A DNA stretch of 64,000 nucleotides from Spirochaetota bacterium (lineage in GTDB: Bacteria > Spirochaetota > UBA4802 > JAFGDQ01), in the NCBI GenBank assembly GCA_043803405.1, contig JAZDKB010000029.1:1-64000 (forward strand). Reading direction: 5' to 3'. The notes under the pieces were generated by a model. It made no database searches. It was not told the DNA's origin and saw only the letters and a program-made list of their open reading frames with translations. This document shows, in pieces, positions 10,567 to 20,134 of the stretch. A program made the translations under genes and the position numbers. Position 1 is the stretch's first letter; every line of letters starts with the position of its first letter.

Positions 10567-12722
10567 GGGTTCTATTAGTAAGTCATTTTTTTCCACCAGT
10601 TAGTTATTCTGGTACTGAAATTTATACATATAATCTTGCGCTTGCATTGATAAAACTAGGGCACGAAGTTTATGTTGTAAATCGCTCTCATTCGGATAAA
10701 TACAATAACTATACAATTCAAATTAAAAGTTATGATGACATCCCAATAATTTATATTAATAAATATTTGTATAAGGAAAGTTTTAAAAAGACATATTTTG
10801 ATGAACAAATTGACAAATTATTTACCAGGATTATTTATGCAGTTAATCCAGACTTGGTACATATTAATCATTTATCCTTTTTATCGATGGGGATAGTTGA
10901 TGTTATTAAAAAGTTAAATTTACCAATTGTAATGACTCTGCATGATTATTGGCTAATTTGCCCACAGTTCCATCTACATAAAAATTTTAAACTTTGCTAT
11001 TCAAAAAATGAAATAGATTGTTCTATATGCATTGAAAATCAACATTATCCTAAAGATGTTGATTTGATAAAAGAAAGAAATTTAATAGCTGCTGAAATTT
11101 TAAGTAAAATAGATGTGCTAATATCACCATCTGAATTTTTAAAAAATAAATATGTTGAATTTTTTAATATTGATCCGGAATCAATTCTTCATATCAAAAA
11201 TGGTATATCAGTATATTTTCAAGCAAATCGTAATGTTATTCAACAAAAATCGATAAATAAAACGATTTTGGGATTTTTTGGGAATATAATATGGACTAAA
11301 GGACTTCATGTTTTATTAGAAGCATTTGACAAACTCGATAAATGGAAATATGATTTATGTATTTACGGAAAGCTTGAAGCTTCCTATGGAGTTTTTCTGG
11401 ATGATAAATACCCATGGTGGCGAAAGTATTATCATGGGGAATATAAAAATTTTGAATCAATCAATTTGATGGCTGGTAGTATTGATATACTGATTTTCCC
11501 TTCAATTATTTATGAAAATTATCCGACGGTTGTTAATGAATCATTATGTGCAGGCATACCTGTTATATGCGTTAATAATGGCGGGGCACCGGAATTGATC
11601 CAGGAAAATTTAACCGGGTATTTTTTTAATAATCTTGATGTTGAGGATTTAATTAATAAAATTAAATTATTGGATCAAAATACATTAAACAACATAAAAC
11701 CTAATTTATTGAATTTTAAACCATATTCATTTGATGAGCATGCTATTAAAATTAATGAATTATATAGCACTTATAATACTCTTGTATCAAAGAAAAATGA
11801 TATGTTAATTTATAATAGTGTCAATACGTTATTGAGATTATTAGATTATACAGAAAGCAATTCATTTGTTTCAACACTTTTTTTGGATATGGGGAACGGA
11901 TTTAATGGCAATGAACTTATTCAGCAGATTTTAGTAGTAGCTGAAAATGATAAAATATCTGTTAATTTTAATTTAAAAAATTTTAAAAATATTCAGCGAG
12001 TTCGTTTTGATCCATTGGAAAATCAATTTTGTAAGTTAAAAATTAATAGAGTAATAGTTGAAAATTTAGAAGACAATAAAGAATTAATTTTCTCGGAATT
12101 TTTAGATAAAATAAGCTTTAACGGGAAATTACTTAAAAACGGATTAATCAATTTTGAGACCTTGGATCCACAAGTAGTATTGCCGATTTCTGGCGAAATT
12201 CAACAGTTAACAATAGATGGTGAATTACAATTATTTGATATAAGCACTAGAGCAACTGATTTGATAAGTCAGAAAGACAAAGAGATAAGTCAGAAAGACG
12301 AGTTATTAAAACAAAAAGAGAATGAAGCAAAAGGAAAAGAGGATATAATAAATGGAATATTAAATTCGAGAACCTGGAGATGGGGGAATAAAATTGATGT
12401 TTTTACTAGAAAATTGATGCCAAAAAATGGATTTGCGAGGACAATTGTAAGTATAGGTAAATTTCTTTTAATTGAATTAGGGCGCTGGTTAACAAGTCCA
12501 AAGTTTCAATTAAAGAGGTATTTCAGATGGATGGCTAGGGAAGCTAGACTTATTTATCATATAATACCTTTTAGCGACAAAATGAGGAACATACATAAAT
12601 TATTTTTAACAAAATATGCTCCATCAATTTTACGTGCTGCTAACATCAATCCTTTAATAGTTAGATCACATTTTATACATAAAGACAACAAATCAAACCT
12701 TTTTGGAAAAAGAAATAAATAA
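10563..12722 (+). CDS. GT4 glycosyltransferase with C-terminal accessory and coiled-coil domains
   Basis: MRVLLVSHFFPP, TLHDYWLICP, ENYPTVVNE; RFDP...DPQ domain; ISQKDKE coiled coil and NSRTWR motif. Confidence 0.85.
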   Translation: MRVLLVSHFFPPVSYSGTEIYTYNLALALIKLGHEVYVVNRSHSDKYNNYTIQIKSYDDIPIIYINKYLYKESFKKTYFDEQIDKLFTRIIYAVNPDLVHINHLSFLSMGIVDVIKKLNLPIVMTLHDYWLICPQFHLHKNFKLCYSKNEIDCSICIENQHYPKDVDLIKERNLIAAEILSKIDVLISPSEFLKNKYVEFFNIDPESILHIKNGISVYFQANRNVIQQKSINKTILGFFGNIIWTKGLHVLLEAFDKLDKWKYDLCIYGKLEASYGVFLDDKYPWWRKYYHGEYKNFESINLMAGSIDILIFPSIIYENYPTVVNESLCAGIPVICVNNGGAPELIQENLTGYFFNNLDVEDLINKIKLLDQNTLNNIKPNLLNFKPYSFDEHAIKINELYSTYNTLVSKKNDMLIYNSVNTLLRLLDYTESNSFVSTLFLDMGNGFNGNELIQQILVVAENDKISVNFNLKNFKNIQRVRFDPLENQFCKLKINRVIVENLEDNKELIFSEFLDKISFNGKLLKNGLINFETLDPQVVLPISGEIQQLTIDGELQLFDISTRATDLISQKDKEISQKDELLKQKENEAKGKEDIINGILNSRTWRWGNKIDVFTRKLMPKNGFARTIVSIGKFLLIELGRWLTSPKFQLKRYFRWMAREARLIYHIIPFSDKMRNIHKLFLTKYAPSILRAANINPLIVRSHFIHKDNKSNLFGKRNK
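12263..12299 (+). repeat. 21-bp-period tandem repeat (GATAAGTCAGAAAGAC x2) encoding coiled-coil heptads
   Basis: Copies at 12263-12278 and 12284-12299. Confidence 0.8.
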
Positions 12723-12831
12723 CAAAAATTTTTATGGACAAATATTTGATTCTTATTTTATTGATATAGGCGTTCCTGAGGATTATGAGAGATCAAAAAT
12801 AGAACTAGAAGCCATCTCAAAATTGTCTTAA
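12700..12831 (+). pseudogene. C-terminal remnant of a sugar-phosphate nucleotidyltransferase (HddC-like)
   Basis: Translates to FLEKEINNKNFYGQIFDSYFIDIGVPEDYERSKIELEAISKLS*; YFIDIGxPEDY is the NTP-transferase C-terminal motif; no start codon. Confidence 0.75.
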
Positions 12832-12902
12832 AATAATAATATACCCTAATAAGACCAAGGAATAGAGCATATGGATATTTTTACTTTGGATGGTGCACAT
12901 AA

Positions 12903-13958
12903 ATGAAAAATTTTTACCCGTTGGTTTCGATTGTAATTCCGGTATATAACGGCTCCAATTTTTTACGTGAGGCAATAGACAGTGCACTTGCGCAGACCTA
13001 TCAAAATTTAGAAATAATTGTCGTGAATGACGGCTCTTACGATGATACGGAGAACATTGCACTTTCGTACGGGGATAAGATCCGATACATAGCTAAAAAG
13101 AATGGTGGAACCTCCACAGCGTTAAATTTAGGTATTGAGAATATGCGTGGAGAGTATTTTTCGTGGTTAAGCCATGACGACTTGTACTATCCCCAAAAAA
13201 TAGCGAGGGCAGTGGAAGAGTTATCTAAGTTAGATAATAAAGACACGATTATTATCTCCGATGTTGATGGCATGAACGAGGATTATACAAGAACTTTTCC
13301 TACTGCACTATATCAAGCGCACAGAGATGCGTATCCGAAGAGGAATTCTTCTTATTTATACCCTGTTGTTTACAATAAAACACATGGCTGCACGCACTTG
13401 ATTTCAAAGAAAGTTTTCGAAACAGTCGGGTTATTTGATGTAAAAGAGTTAGTCGCTCATGATTTCGAGTTTTATTACAGAGCATTTGCAAAGTTTCCGC
13501 ACCTGTACATAGATGAAGTGCTGGTTACAGCCCGTGAGTCCTCCAGCAGACAAGGCAAACGATCGCATACTCGTGGAAATGTTGAGTATAGTCTGCTCTA
13601 TATAGACATTTTAGAGCATCTCAGCGAAGAAGAAATATTTGACATGGCTCCCACAATGGATGAATTTTTACGTGACATGGAATCCTTCTTTTTCTACGCA
13701 GATTACTCTATTGCACTTGACTATCTTGAGGTGGTGGCAGAAGGGAAGGGTATTAAAACAAAATATGGGAGACGAAAACTAAACGGAGTTACTGTTCTGA
13801 GCGAAAGCAATGTGCCTTCTGAATCCAACCATGAATCACCGCGCCAAATATCACGCTATAATATCCCTGTCAGAATTGTGAGAGCAATAAAACGACACGG
13901 ATTGGTTGGAGTGCTCAGAATAATATCTACCAAGCTTAGAGCCAAGATAGCTTCATGA
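12903..13958 (+). CDS. Glycosyltransferase family 2
   Basis: PLVSIVIPVYNG, VVNDGS, SWLSHDD. Confidence 0.92.
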   Translation: MKNFYPLVSIVIPVYNGSNFLREAIDSALAQTYQNLEIIVVNDGSYDDTENIALSYGDKIRYIAKKNGGTSTALNLGIENMRGEYFSWLSHDDLYYPQKIARAVEELSKLDNKDTIIISDVDGMNEDYTRTFPTALYQAHRDAYPKRNSSYLYPVVYNKTHGCTHLISKKVFETVGLFDVKELVAHDFEFYYRAFAKFPHLYIDEVLVTARESSSRQGKRSHTRGNVEYSLLYIDILEHLSEEEIFDMAPTMDEFLRDMESFFFYADYSIALDYLEVVAEGKGIKTKYGRRKLNGVTVLSESNVPSESNHESPRQISRYNIPVRIVRAIKRHGLVGVLRIISTKLRAKIAS

Positions 13959-14005
13959 TTATCCCTTGATTGAGTCGAACAAAGACCTGGATAAGCGATG
14001 AACAG

Positions 14006-14098
14006 GCTGAAATAGAACTTGGTTGGTAGAGAGAAGTGTCATTTGACGAATTGGATAAACGAATAGTGCATAATAACGAGAGCACGATGTCCAAATGA
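14006..14098 (+). pseudogene. C-terminal remnant of GDP-mannose 4,6-dehydratase or related SDR epimerase
   Basis: Translates to AEIELGW*REVSFDELDKRIVHNNESTMSK*, resembling the Gmd tail A..ELGW...VSF.EL..RMV; internal TAG at 14027. Confidence 0.55.
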
Positions 14099-14113
14099 GA
14101 ATATGGTGCGTGT

Positions 14114-15358
14114 ATGAAAATGATCTTATATATTTTGCGTCTTATTAAGCGGATTATCAAAGCAATTTTGCCGCGTGAGATCTGCGAAAAATTACGTAAT
14201 TGGTTTGACAGAAATTTTATTTCACGCAACAAAAAAGTGAAATTAAGTCGGCGTTGTTCCACAAAACTACCGAGGGGTGTAAATCTTTTTGCACACTGCT
14301 TAGAAAACAGTGCAGGTGTGAAAGCTCGCTTACTGCAACAAGCGTTAGAAGCCGCAGGAATCCCGTATCATATAATTGATTTAAGTAATCCTCAAATATC
14401 CAAATCCGAGTTGAAAGATAAAAAATTATATAATGCAAACATAGTCTCCTGCCATGCCGCCTCTGTAACGCCGATGAATATACTTTTATTTGGCATTGAC
14501 TTGAAAAATCACTACAATATCGGTTTCTGGGCGTGGGAATTGGCCCAACTCCCCAACACTTTTTGTTCAGGACTTAATATGTTTCAGGAAGTGTGGACGA
14601 TTTCTGGTTTTTGTACAAACGCGATTGAGAAAAAAGTGTCGGTTCCAACATTGACCGTCCCTCTTTATGCGGAACCTAATAGGACGGTTATGGAAAACGG
14701 CAGAGTTCATTTTAATATTGAAAAAGATGTGTTCCTGTTTTTGTTTGCGTATGACTGCACCAGTTATGTGTCTCGGAAAAATCCGCAGGCTGCCGTACAG
14801 GCATTTCTGAAGGCTTTTTCACCCGAAGACCGCCATGTTGGATTGGTGCTTAAACTGAATTATCCTGAGAATTACAAGGGGCATATTGAAGAACTGCAGA
14901 AAATCCTGTCTCCCTATCCTCATGTTTACAGTATCGCGAATTATTTGACAGATTATGAAATGAGAACATTAGTACATATATCAGATGCAGTTGTATCTCT
15001 GCACCGTTCTGAGGGATTCGGCCTGCTTCCGTTGGAAGCTATGTCGCTTGGTACGCCTGTAATTTCAACGGCGTGGTCAGGCAATATGGAATATATGAAT
15101 CATATGAACACCGCGTTAGTGGGTTATAATATGATTCCGGTGAATGGCCAGTATTGCGGATCAACGCCTGGAGACGATTTAGTCTGGGCAGACCCCGATA
15201 TTGATGAAGCGGCTGCACACATGCGTCGTCTAGTTTCCGATAAGAGTTGGAGAGAAAAACTGATAGCCAATGGCAAATATACAGCAGATGAATGTTATAA
15301 TGTAACGACCGTCGGTAAGATAATCCGTAACAGATTAGAGTTTTTAAAGCTGATTTAG
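14114..15358 (+). CDS. Glycosyltransferase family 4
   Basis: IGFWAWEL, RKNP, SLHRSEGFGLLPLEAM, WADPD. Confidence 0.9.
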   Translation: MKMILYILRLIKRIIKAILPREICEKLRNWFDRNFISRNKKVKLSRRCSTKLPRGVNLFAHCLENSAGVKARLLQQALEAAGIPYHIIDLSNPQISKSELKDKKLYNANIVSCHAASVTPMNILLFGIDLKNHYNIGFWAWELAQLPNTFCSGLNMFQEVWTISGFCTNAIEKKVSVPTLTVPLYAEPNRTVMENGRVHFNIEKDVFLFLFAYDCTSYVSRKNPQAAVQAFLKAFSPEDRHVGLVLKLNYPENYKGHIEELQKILSPYPHVYSIANYLTDYEMRTLVHISDAVVSLHRSEGFGLLPLEAMSLGTPVISTAWSGNMEYMNHMNTALVGYNMIPVNGQYCGSTPGDDLVWADPDIDEAAAHMRRLVSDKSWREKLIANGKYTADECYNVTTVGKIIRNRLEFLKLI

Positions 15359-15620
15359 CAGGATTAAAACCATTCTGAGAGGTATTGAAAATGAAATGGA
15401 TAAATCCCGGCCACTAACTGGATAAGTTGGGAGAGCGGTATCTTAAAGTCATATATATATGGCATCGATGAAAGGTGGTTTTTGTTCTTATTTTGGGGTA
15501 TGTCATAAGGGCGTTAATATTGAGAATTTCAAAGAGCAAGTTACGATGCAAAAAGTAGCTGTTGCCGTACAGATGCAAAGGTATCTAAAGAGTAGAAAGC
15601 GACAAGTCAAGGATGTATAA

Positions 15621-17036
15621 ATGAATAATTTGGTATCTATTTGTGTTCCCATTTACAATGCTGAGAAGTATTTAAAGCGCTGTGTAGACAGCCTTCTCAA
15701 TCAAACATATCGAAATTTGGAGATTGTTTTGGTAAATGACGGTTCAACCGATAGCTGCGGCTTGATTTGTGACGGATATGCCCGGCTTGATTCAAGAGTT
15801 GTCGTCGTGCATAAGGATAACGGTGGTGAAGCATCCGCTCGTAATGCAGGATTGCGTGCCGCTAAAGGCGATTATATCATGTTCATTGATAATGATGATG
15901 AATATCTACCTAATGCTGTCGAGCTTATGATAGAAGCCGTAAAGTCAGATGAAGTGGATTTGGTGATTGGAGGGTGCCTTGAAAGACGTGGGCAAATAGA
16001 ACACTTTGCCACTGGGCATCTGCGGAAATATTCTGCCAAGGAGGCAGCTCATGGTTATCTGTACTCTGATTGTAACTACGGTATAATCTATATAATATCA
16101 ACAGTCTGGGCTAAGTTGTTTCGGCACGAAATAATCTGTGCCAATAGTATTTCGTTTGATGAGCGGTTTGTGGTGGGAAATGATATGGTTTTTATCTGTG
16201 AATATCTGAAACACGCGCGAGCTGTATACGATGTGTTCGCGCCGATTTATGTGTACTACAAGTTTCATCCATCAGAGAGGGTTCAGGGGATGACATGGTT
16301 TTACCCGGATGCCTTTTTTTTGTTCGCATATGTGGCGGATAAAATGATAAAGATTGCACAACCAGATGAAAATGAGTTTAAACAAATCACCATAAAACAA
16401 TATAAAGACTTACTTTACGGCTTAGTGAATGCGACCGCTAATAAAGAACATTTCAAGAATGGTCTGATGCCGTATTTAACCTCTTTCTGTAATGAAATTG
16501 ATTTGTTACAAACAGGTGCGAGGTTAGACCTGGCTGAGGATTATATTAAAAAAGAAGAGGGCGCTCTCCCAATCAGGTTAATCTCTTATTTGATTGTTAA
16601 CAAACATTTCAGTGAATTGTATGAAATGCTTCAGGCAATTGGCAGAGCAAGAAAAATAATCCCTTTCAAGGGCGAGCAAGTGCGCCAAATGATACAAGTA
16701 GGGGGCACAAGTAGCGGGAATCAAAGTGAATCAAGCTCAGCTAGCCTGATTCCGGTGAATGCAGCTCTTCTTTCAGGTCATTTCAATTTTACCGATGATA
16801 AATTGTTGGTTGAACAGCTGAATGAACTGGTTACAACCATCACAGCGCTCCAGCAGCAGATAGCTGCCTACGAAGCAAAAGTTCAAGGTTACGAAGCCAG
16901 AGTCCATGATTACGAAGCCAGAATCAGTGTTTACGAAGCAAAAATAAACAATTATATTCGGTCGTACAGTTGGCGAATTACAAAGCCTTTACGCGCAACC
17001 AAGCGATGGTTGAAAAAAATAATTAAGACTTCTTAG
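15621..17036 (+). CDS. Glycosyltransferase family 2 with C-terminal coiled coil
   Basis: VSICVPIYN, VNDGSTD, FIDNDD; YEAK/YEAR heptads and SYSWRITKPLR. Confidence 0.9.
   Translation: MNNLVSICVPIYNAEKYLKRCVDSLLNQTYRNLEIVLVNDGSTDSCGLICDGYARLDSRVVVVHKDNGGEASARNAGLRAAKGDYIMFIDNDDEYLPNAVELMIEAVKSDEVDLVIGGCLERRGQIEHFATGHLRKYSAKEAAHGYLYSDCNYGIIYIISTVWAKLFRHEIICANSISFDERFVVGNDMVFICEYLKHARAVYDVFAPIYVYYKFHPSERVQGMTWFYPDAFFLFAYVADKMIKIAQPDENEFKQITIKQYKDLLYGLVNATANKEHFKNGLMPYLTSFCNEIDLLQTGARLDLAEDYIKKEEGALPIRLISYLIVNKHFSELYEMLQAIGRARKIIPFKGEQVRQMIQVGGTSSGNQSESSSASLIPVNAALLSGHFNFTDDKLLVEQLNELVTTITALQQQIAAYEAKVQGYEARVHDYEARISVYEAKINNYIRSYSWRITKPLRATKRWLKKIIKTS
16869..16945 (+). repeat. Four 21-bp tandem units starting TACGAAGC (coiled-coil heptads)
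   Basis: Units start at 16869, 16890, 16911 and 16932. Confidence 0.85.
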
Positions 17037-17063
17037 TTTCAGAATATTGACGAACGGTGGTAT

Positions 17064-18509
17064 GTGATCATGGTTTTCTCTTCTTCATTATTTTTATTTT
17101 TATTTATTCCAATTTTTTTTAGTATATATTTTTTAACTATAAAAAAATATAGAAATATTACTGCATTATTAGGTAGTATGTTTTTTTATTTTTGGGGTGG
17201 TTCAACTTTTATCTTTATTTTATTAGTTTCTTTACTTATTGACTGGCATGTTGCAAAAATTATTTATAAAGAGAAAAAAAAAGAATTAAAAATGTTTTAT
17301 TTTATTTCTATTATAGCTTCAGACATTTTTTTACTTGCCTACTTTAAATACTCTAATTTCTTTATTGCAAATTTTAACACAGTACTTTCTAAACTGCATT
17401 TTGCACATATTCAGTGGACAAATGTTTTATTGCCAATTGGTATTTCATTTATTGTATTCCATAAAATCAGCTACATGATAGAAGTCTATAAAGACACCAA
17501 AAAACCAACTGAAAAAATGAGGGATTATTTTTTATACATAATGCTATTTCCTATGGCAATTGCTGGACCTATCATAAAATATAACGACATTGCTGATCAA
17601 TTAACAAATAGAGATTCCAAATTCGAAGATATTTTATATGGTTTATTTAGGTTTTCTATTGGTATGGCTAAAAAAGTTTTGCTTGCTGATAATGTTGCAT
17701 TAATGGCTGACCGAGTTTTTAGTACACAGCCAGAGCATATTGGACTATTGTTTTCCTGGTTGGGTATTTTGTGTTATGCACTTCAAATATACTTTGACTT
17801 TTCAGGATATGCAGATATGGCTATTGGCTTAAGTAGAATTATGGGCTTTAAAATTGCAGAAAACTTTAATATGCCCTATGTTTCAAAAAACATATCACAA
17901 TTTTGGAAAAGATGGCATATCTCACTTACAAATTGGATGAGAAGCTATATATATATACCTTTAGGTGGCAGTAGATGTTCTAAAACTCGAAATTACTTTA
18001 ATTTGTGGGTAGTATTTTTAATTTCCGGTTTCTGGCATGGTGCAAATTGGACGTTTATGATTTGGGGTATTATTCATGGAGTCTATATTTTAATAGACAA
18101 ATTATTCTGGATCGATTTTTCAAAAAAATTGCCTAAAGGAGTTAATATTGCAATAACTTATTTCCTAGTACTTATTGCTTGGGTATTCTTCCGATCTGAG
18201 TCATATACTTATGCCTTAGGTTATATTCAATCGATGTTTAACTTTCATTTACTAATCGGTAAAGATGTAATACTTTCACAAGATAAACCGGTGTTTTATA
18301 TTTCTAACGTAATTATTACAGCTTTCATCGTTTCATTGTTCATAACTTTCTTACCAGCATTTAAATTTTTTGAAACGTTAAAAAGTAAATATTTGAAAGT
18401 TATAAGTTCTGAAAGTTTTATGATGATCTCGACTATGCTTCTTTTAAGTATTTCGATTACAGTATGTGTTTCATCATCATTTAGCCCTTTTATTTACTTT
18501 AGATTTTAA
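17064..18509 (+). CDS. algI: MBOAT family O-acyltransferase (AlgI/PatA-like)
   Basis: MVFSS start, LPIGISF, QIYFDFSGYADMAIG, FWKRWHISL, GFWHGANW, PFIYFRF end. Confidence 0.92.
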   Translation: MIMVFSSSLFLFLFIPIFFSIYFLTIKKYRNITALLGSMFFYFWGGSTFIFILLVSLLIDWHVAKIIYKEKKKELKMFYFISIIASDIFLLAYFKYSNFFIANFNTVLSKLHFAHIQWTNVLLPIGISFIVFHKISYMIEVYKDTKKPTEKMRDYFLYIMLFPMAIAGPIIKYNDIADQLTNRDSKFEDILYGLFRFSIGMAKKVLLADNVALMADRVFSTQPEHIGLLFSWLGILCYALQIYFDFSGYADMAIGLSRIMGFKIAENFNMPYVSKNISQFWKRWHISLTNWMRSYIYIPLGGSRCSKTRNYFNLWVVFLISGFWHGANWTFMIWGIIHGVYILIDKLFWIDFSKKLPKGVNIAITYFLVLIAWVFFRSESYTYALGYIQSMFNFHLLIGKDVILSQDKPVFYISNVIITAFIVSLFITFLPAFKFFETLKSKYLKVISSESFMMISTMLLLSISITVCVSSSFSPFIYFRF

Positions 18510-18515
18510 TTTTGG

Positions 18516-20057
18516 GTGTGGGTTATGAAACGTTATTTTTCTAGAGCAACATTTATTAGTTTTATTATTATTATTTTTTACTTTCCATTGGCACAAATGA
18601 AGCTAAATATAATAAAAAGTGGGTCTTTAAATGGGGTTATATTCCAAGTACAATATCCAGAACTAAACTTGACAGATTTATTATCTGGTAAATATCAAAG
18701 CCAATTCAATGATTGGTGGAATCAGAATTTTGGTTTAAGAGCAGAGTTTACAAAAACATGTAATCAATTTTATTATGCCATGTTTCATGAAACACGTACG
18801 GGTTCTGATGTTTTTGTCGAACGAGATAAACAGCTAATCGAACATGCTTATCTTGACGTGTATTTTCAAAATCTAACTAGTACACAAGAAAGCCAATTAG
18901 AGCAATATGTAATCGAACTTAAAAAGGCTCAAGATCTACTAAAGCAACGTGGTAAAGCCTTATTGCTTGTTATTGCTCCAGTCAAATCATTTATTTATCC
19001 AGAATATATACCTCATCGTCTAACTATTTTTGGGGACAAAGCAGTTAAAAATGGCTATGATGTTTTAATACCCTTACTAGGCAAATATGGAGTAAATTAC
19101 GTAGATGGTGATAAAATAACTCGAGAACACAAACAAACTGATAACTTCCCTATGTTTTCACATGGTAGTGTGCATTGGAACCATATAGCAGCTGACTACA
19201 CTACGATAGCTATGTATAAAAAAATTGGTGTGCTTTTAAATAAAAGCGTACCACAAATTTCAATCAAAAGTATCGTAGGTTCTTCAGCAGAAGGTGACGA
19301 CATTGACTTAGCACGTTTACTCAATGTTTGGCATCCACCAATAAACTACTTAGCTCCACAAGTTCAAATTAATGTAAATGAAAATGCATTTAAACCTTCA
19401 ATTGTTATAAATGGTGATAGTTTTTTTACGAATATGATTTACACTTTAAATAAATATAACCTGTTTAACTATTTAGACTTTTACTTTTACTACTCAACTC
19501 ATATTCAATATATGGATGGTGTGGTTAACAATTTAGGTAATTCAGGAAAAATGGATTGGAATAGTGTTCTTAGCCATGACGCCGTAGTTATTGAAATTCG
19601 CGAAGGTATGCCTTTACAAATTGGCGATGGCTTTATACATGATCTTTTAACACAACTTGAGCCGAAAAAACTAAATTTTTCTCATATAAATACTGATTAT
19701 GTTACAAAAGTACAAGATGGAGATTCCGAAAAATTTATTTTTAAAAAAGGAGCCCGTGCATCTGATACTCTTTATCTTGATACGGATACACTCAGCCTAG
19801 GGCCTGGCAAAAAATATACTTTAAGTTATACAGCAAACGGTTTTAGCACTTTGGTTTCTGACTTATATCATGATGATTTACCAAAATATCGCAATACAAA
19901 TATTACAGATACTCCGACCGGATTTTCTTTTGATTTTACGTCAGATAGTCCTAATATGAAAAATGCAAAATTAAGGTTTTTTATCAATGGCCTGGCGCAA
20001 TTTACTGATAAAGATACTATAATTTATGATATTAAGCTAACAGAACGGACTAAATAA
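18516..20057 (+). CDS. AlgJ/AlgX-like periplasmic O-acetyltransferase with C-terminal beta domain
   Basis: N-terminal TM segment; NFGLR, APVKSFIYPEYIP, HWN, GDSF; directly downstream of the MBOAT gene. Confidence 0.8.
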   Translation: MWVMKRYFSRATFISFIIIIFYFPLAQMKLNIIKSGSLNGVIFQVQYPELNLTDLLSGKYQSQFNDWWNQNFGLRAEFTKTCNQFYYAMFHETRTGSDVFVERDKQLIEHAYLDVYFQNLTSTQESQLEQYVIELKKAQDLLKQRGKALLLVIAPVKSFIYPEYIPHRLTIFGDKAVKNGYDVLIPLLGKYGVNYVDGDKITREHKQTDNFPMFSHGSVHWNHIAADYTTIAMYKKIGVLLNKSVPQISIKSIVGSSAEGDDIDLARLLNVWHPPINYLAPQVQINVNENAFKPSIVINGDSFFTNMIYTLNKYNLFNYLDFYFYYSTHIQYMDGVVNNLGNSGKMDWNSVLSHDAVVIEIREGMPLQIGDGFIHDLLTQLEPKKLNFSHINTDYVTKVQDGDSEKFIFKKGARASDTLYLDTDTLSLGPGKKYTLSYTANGFSTLVSDLYHDDLPKYRNTNITDTPTGFSFDFTSDSPNMKNAKLRFFINGLAQFTDKDTIIYDIKLTERTK

Positions 20058-20134
20058 AAATACATAATTATTTTAAGTATCATAAATTTTTTGCAGTTAA
20101 AATGAATTAGTTTTATAAAAATCTAAAGGTAAAA

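Noticed and set aside
13936..14262. 108-aa minus-strand ORF
   Set aside because: Antisense to a GT4 start and to the gmd-like remnant; no motifs
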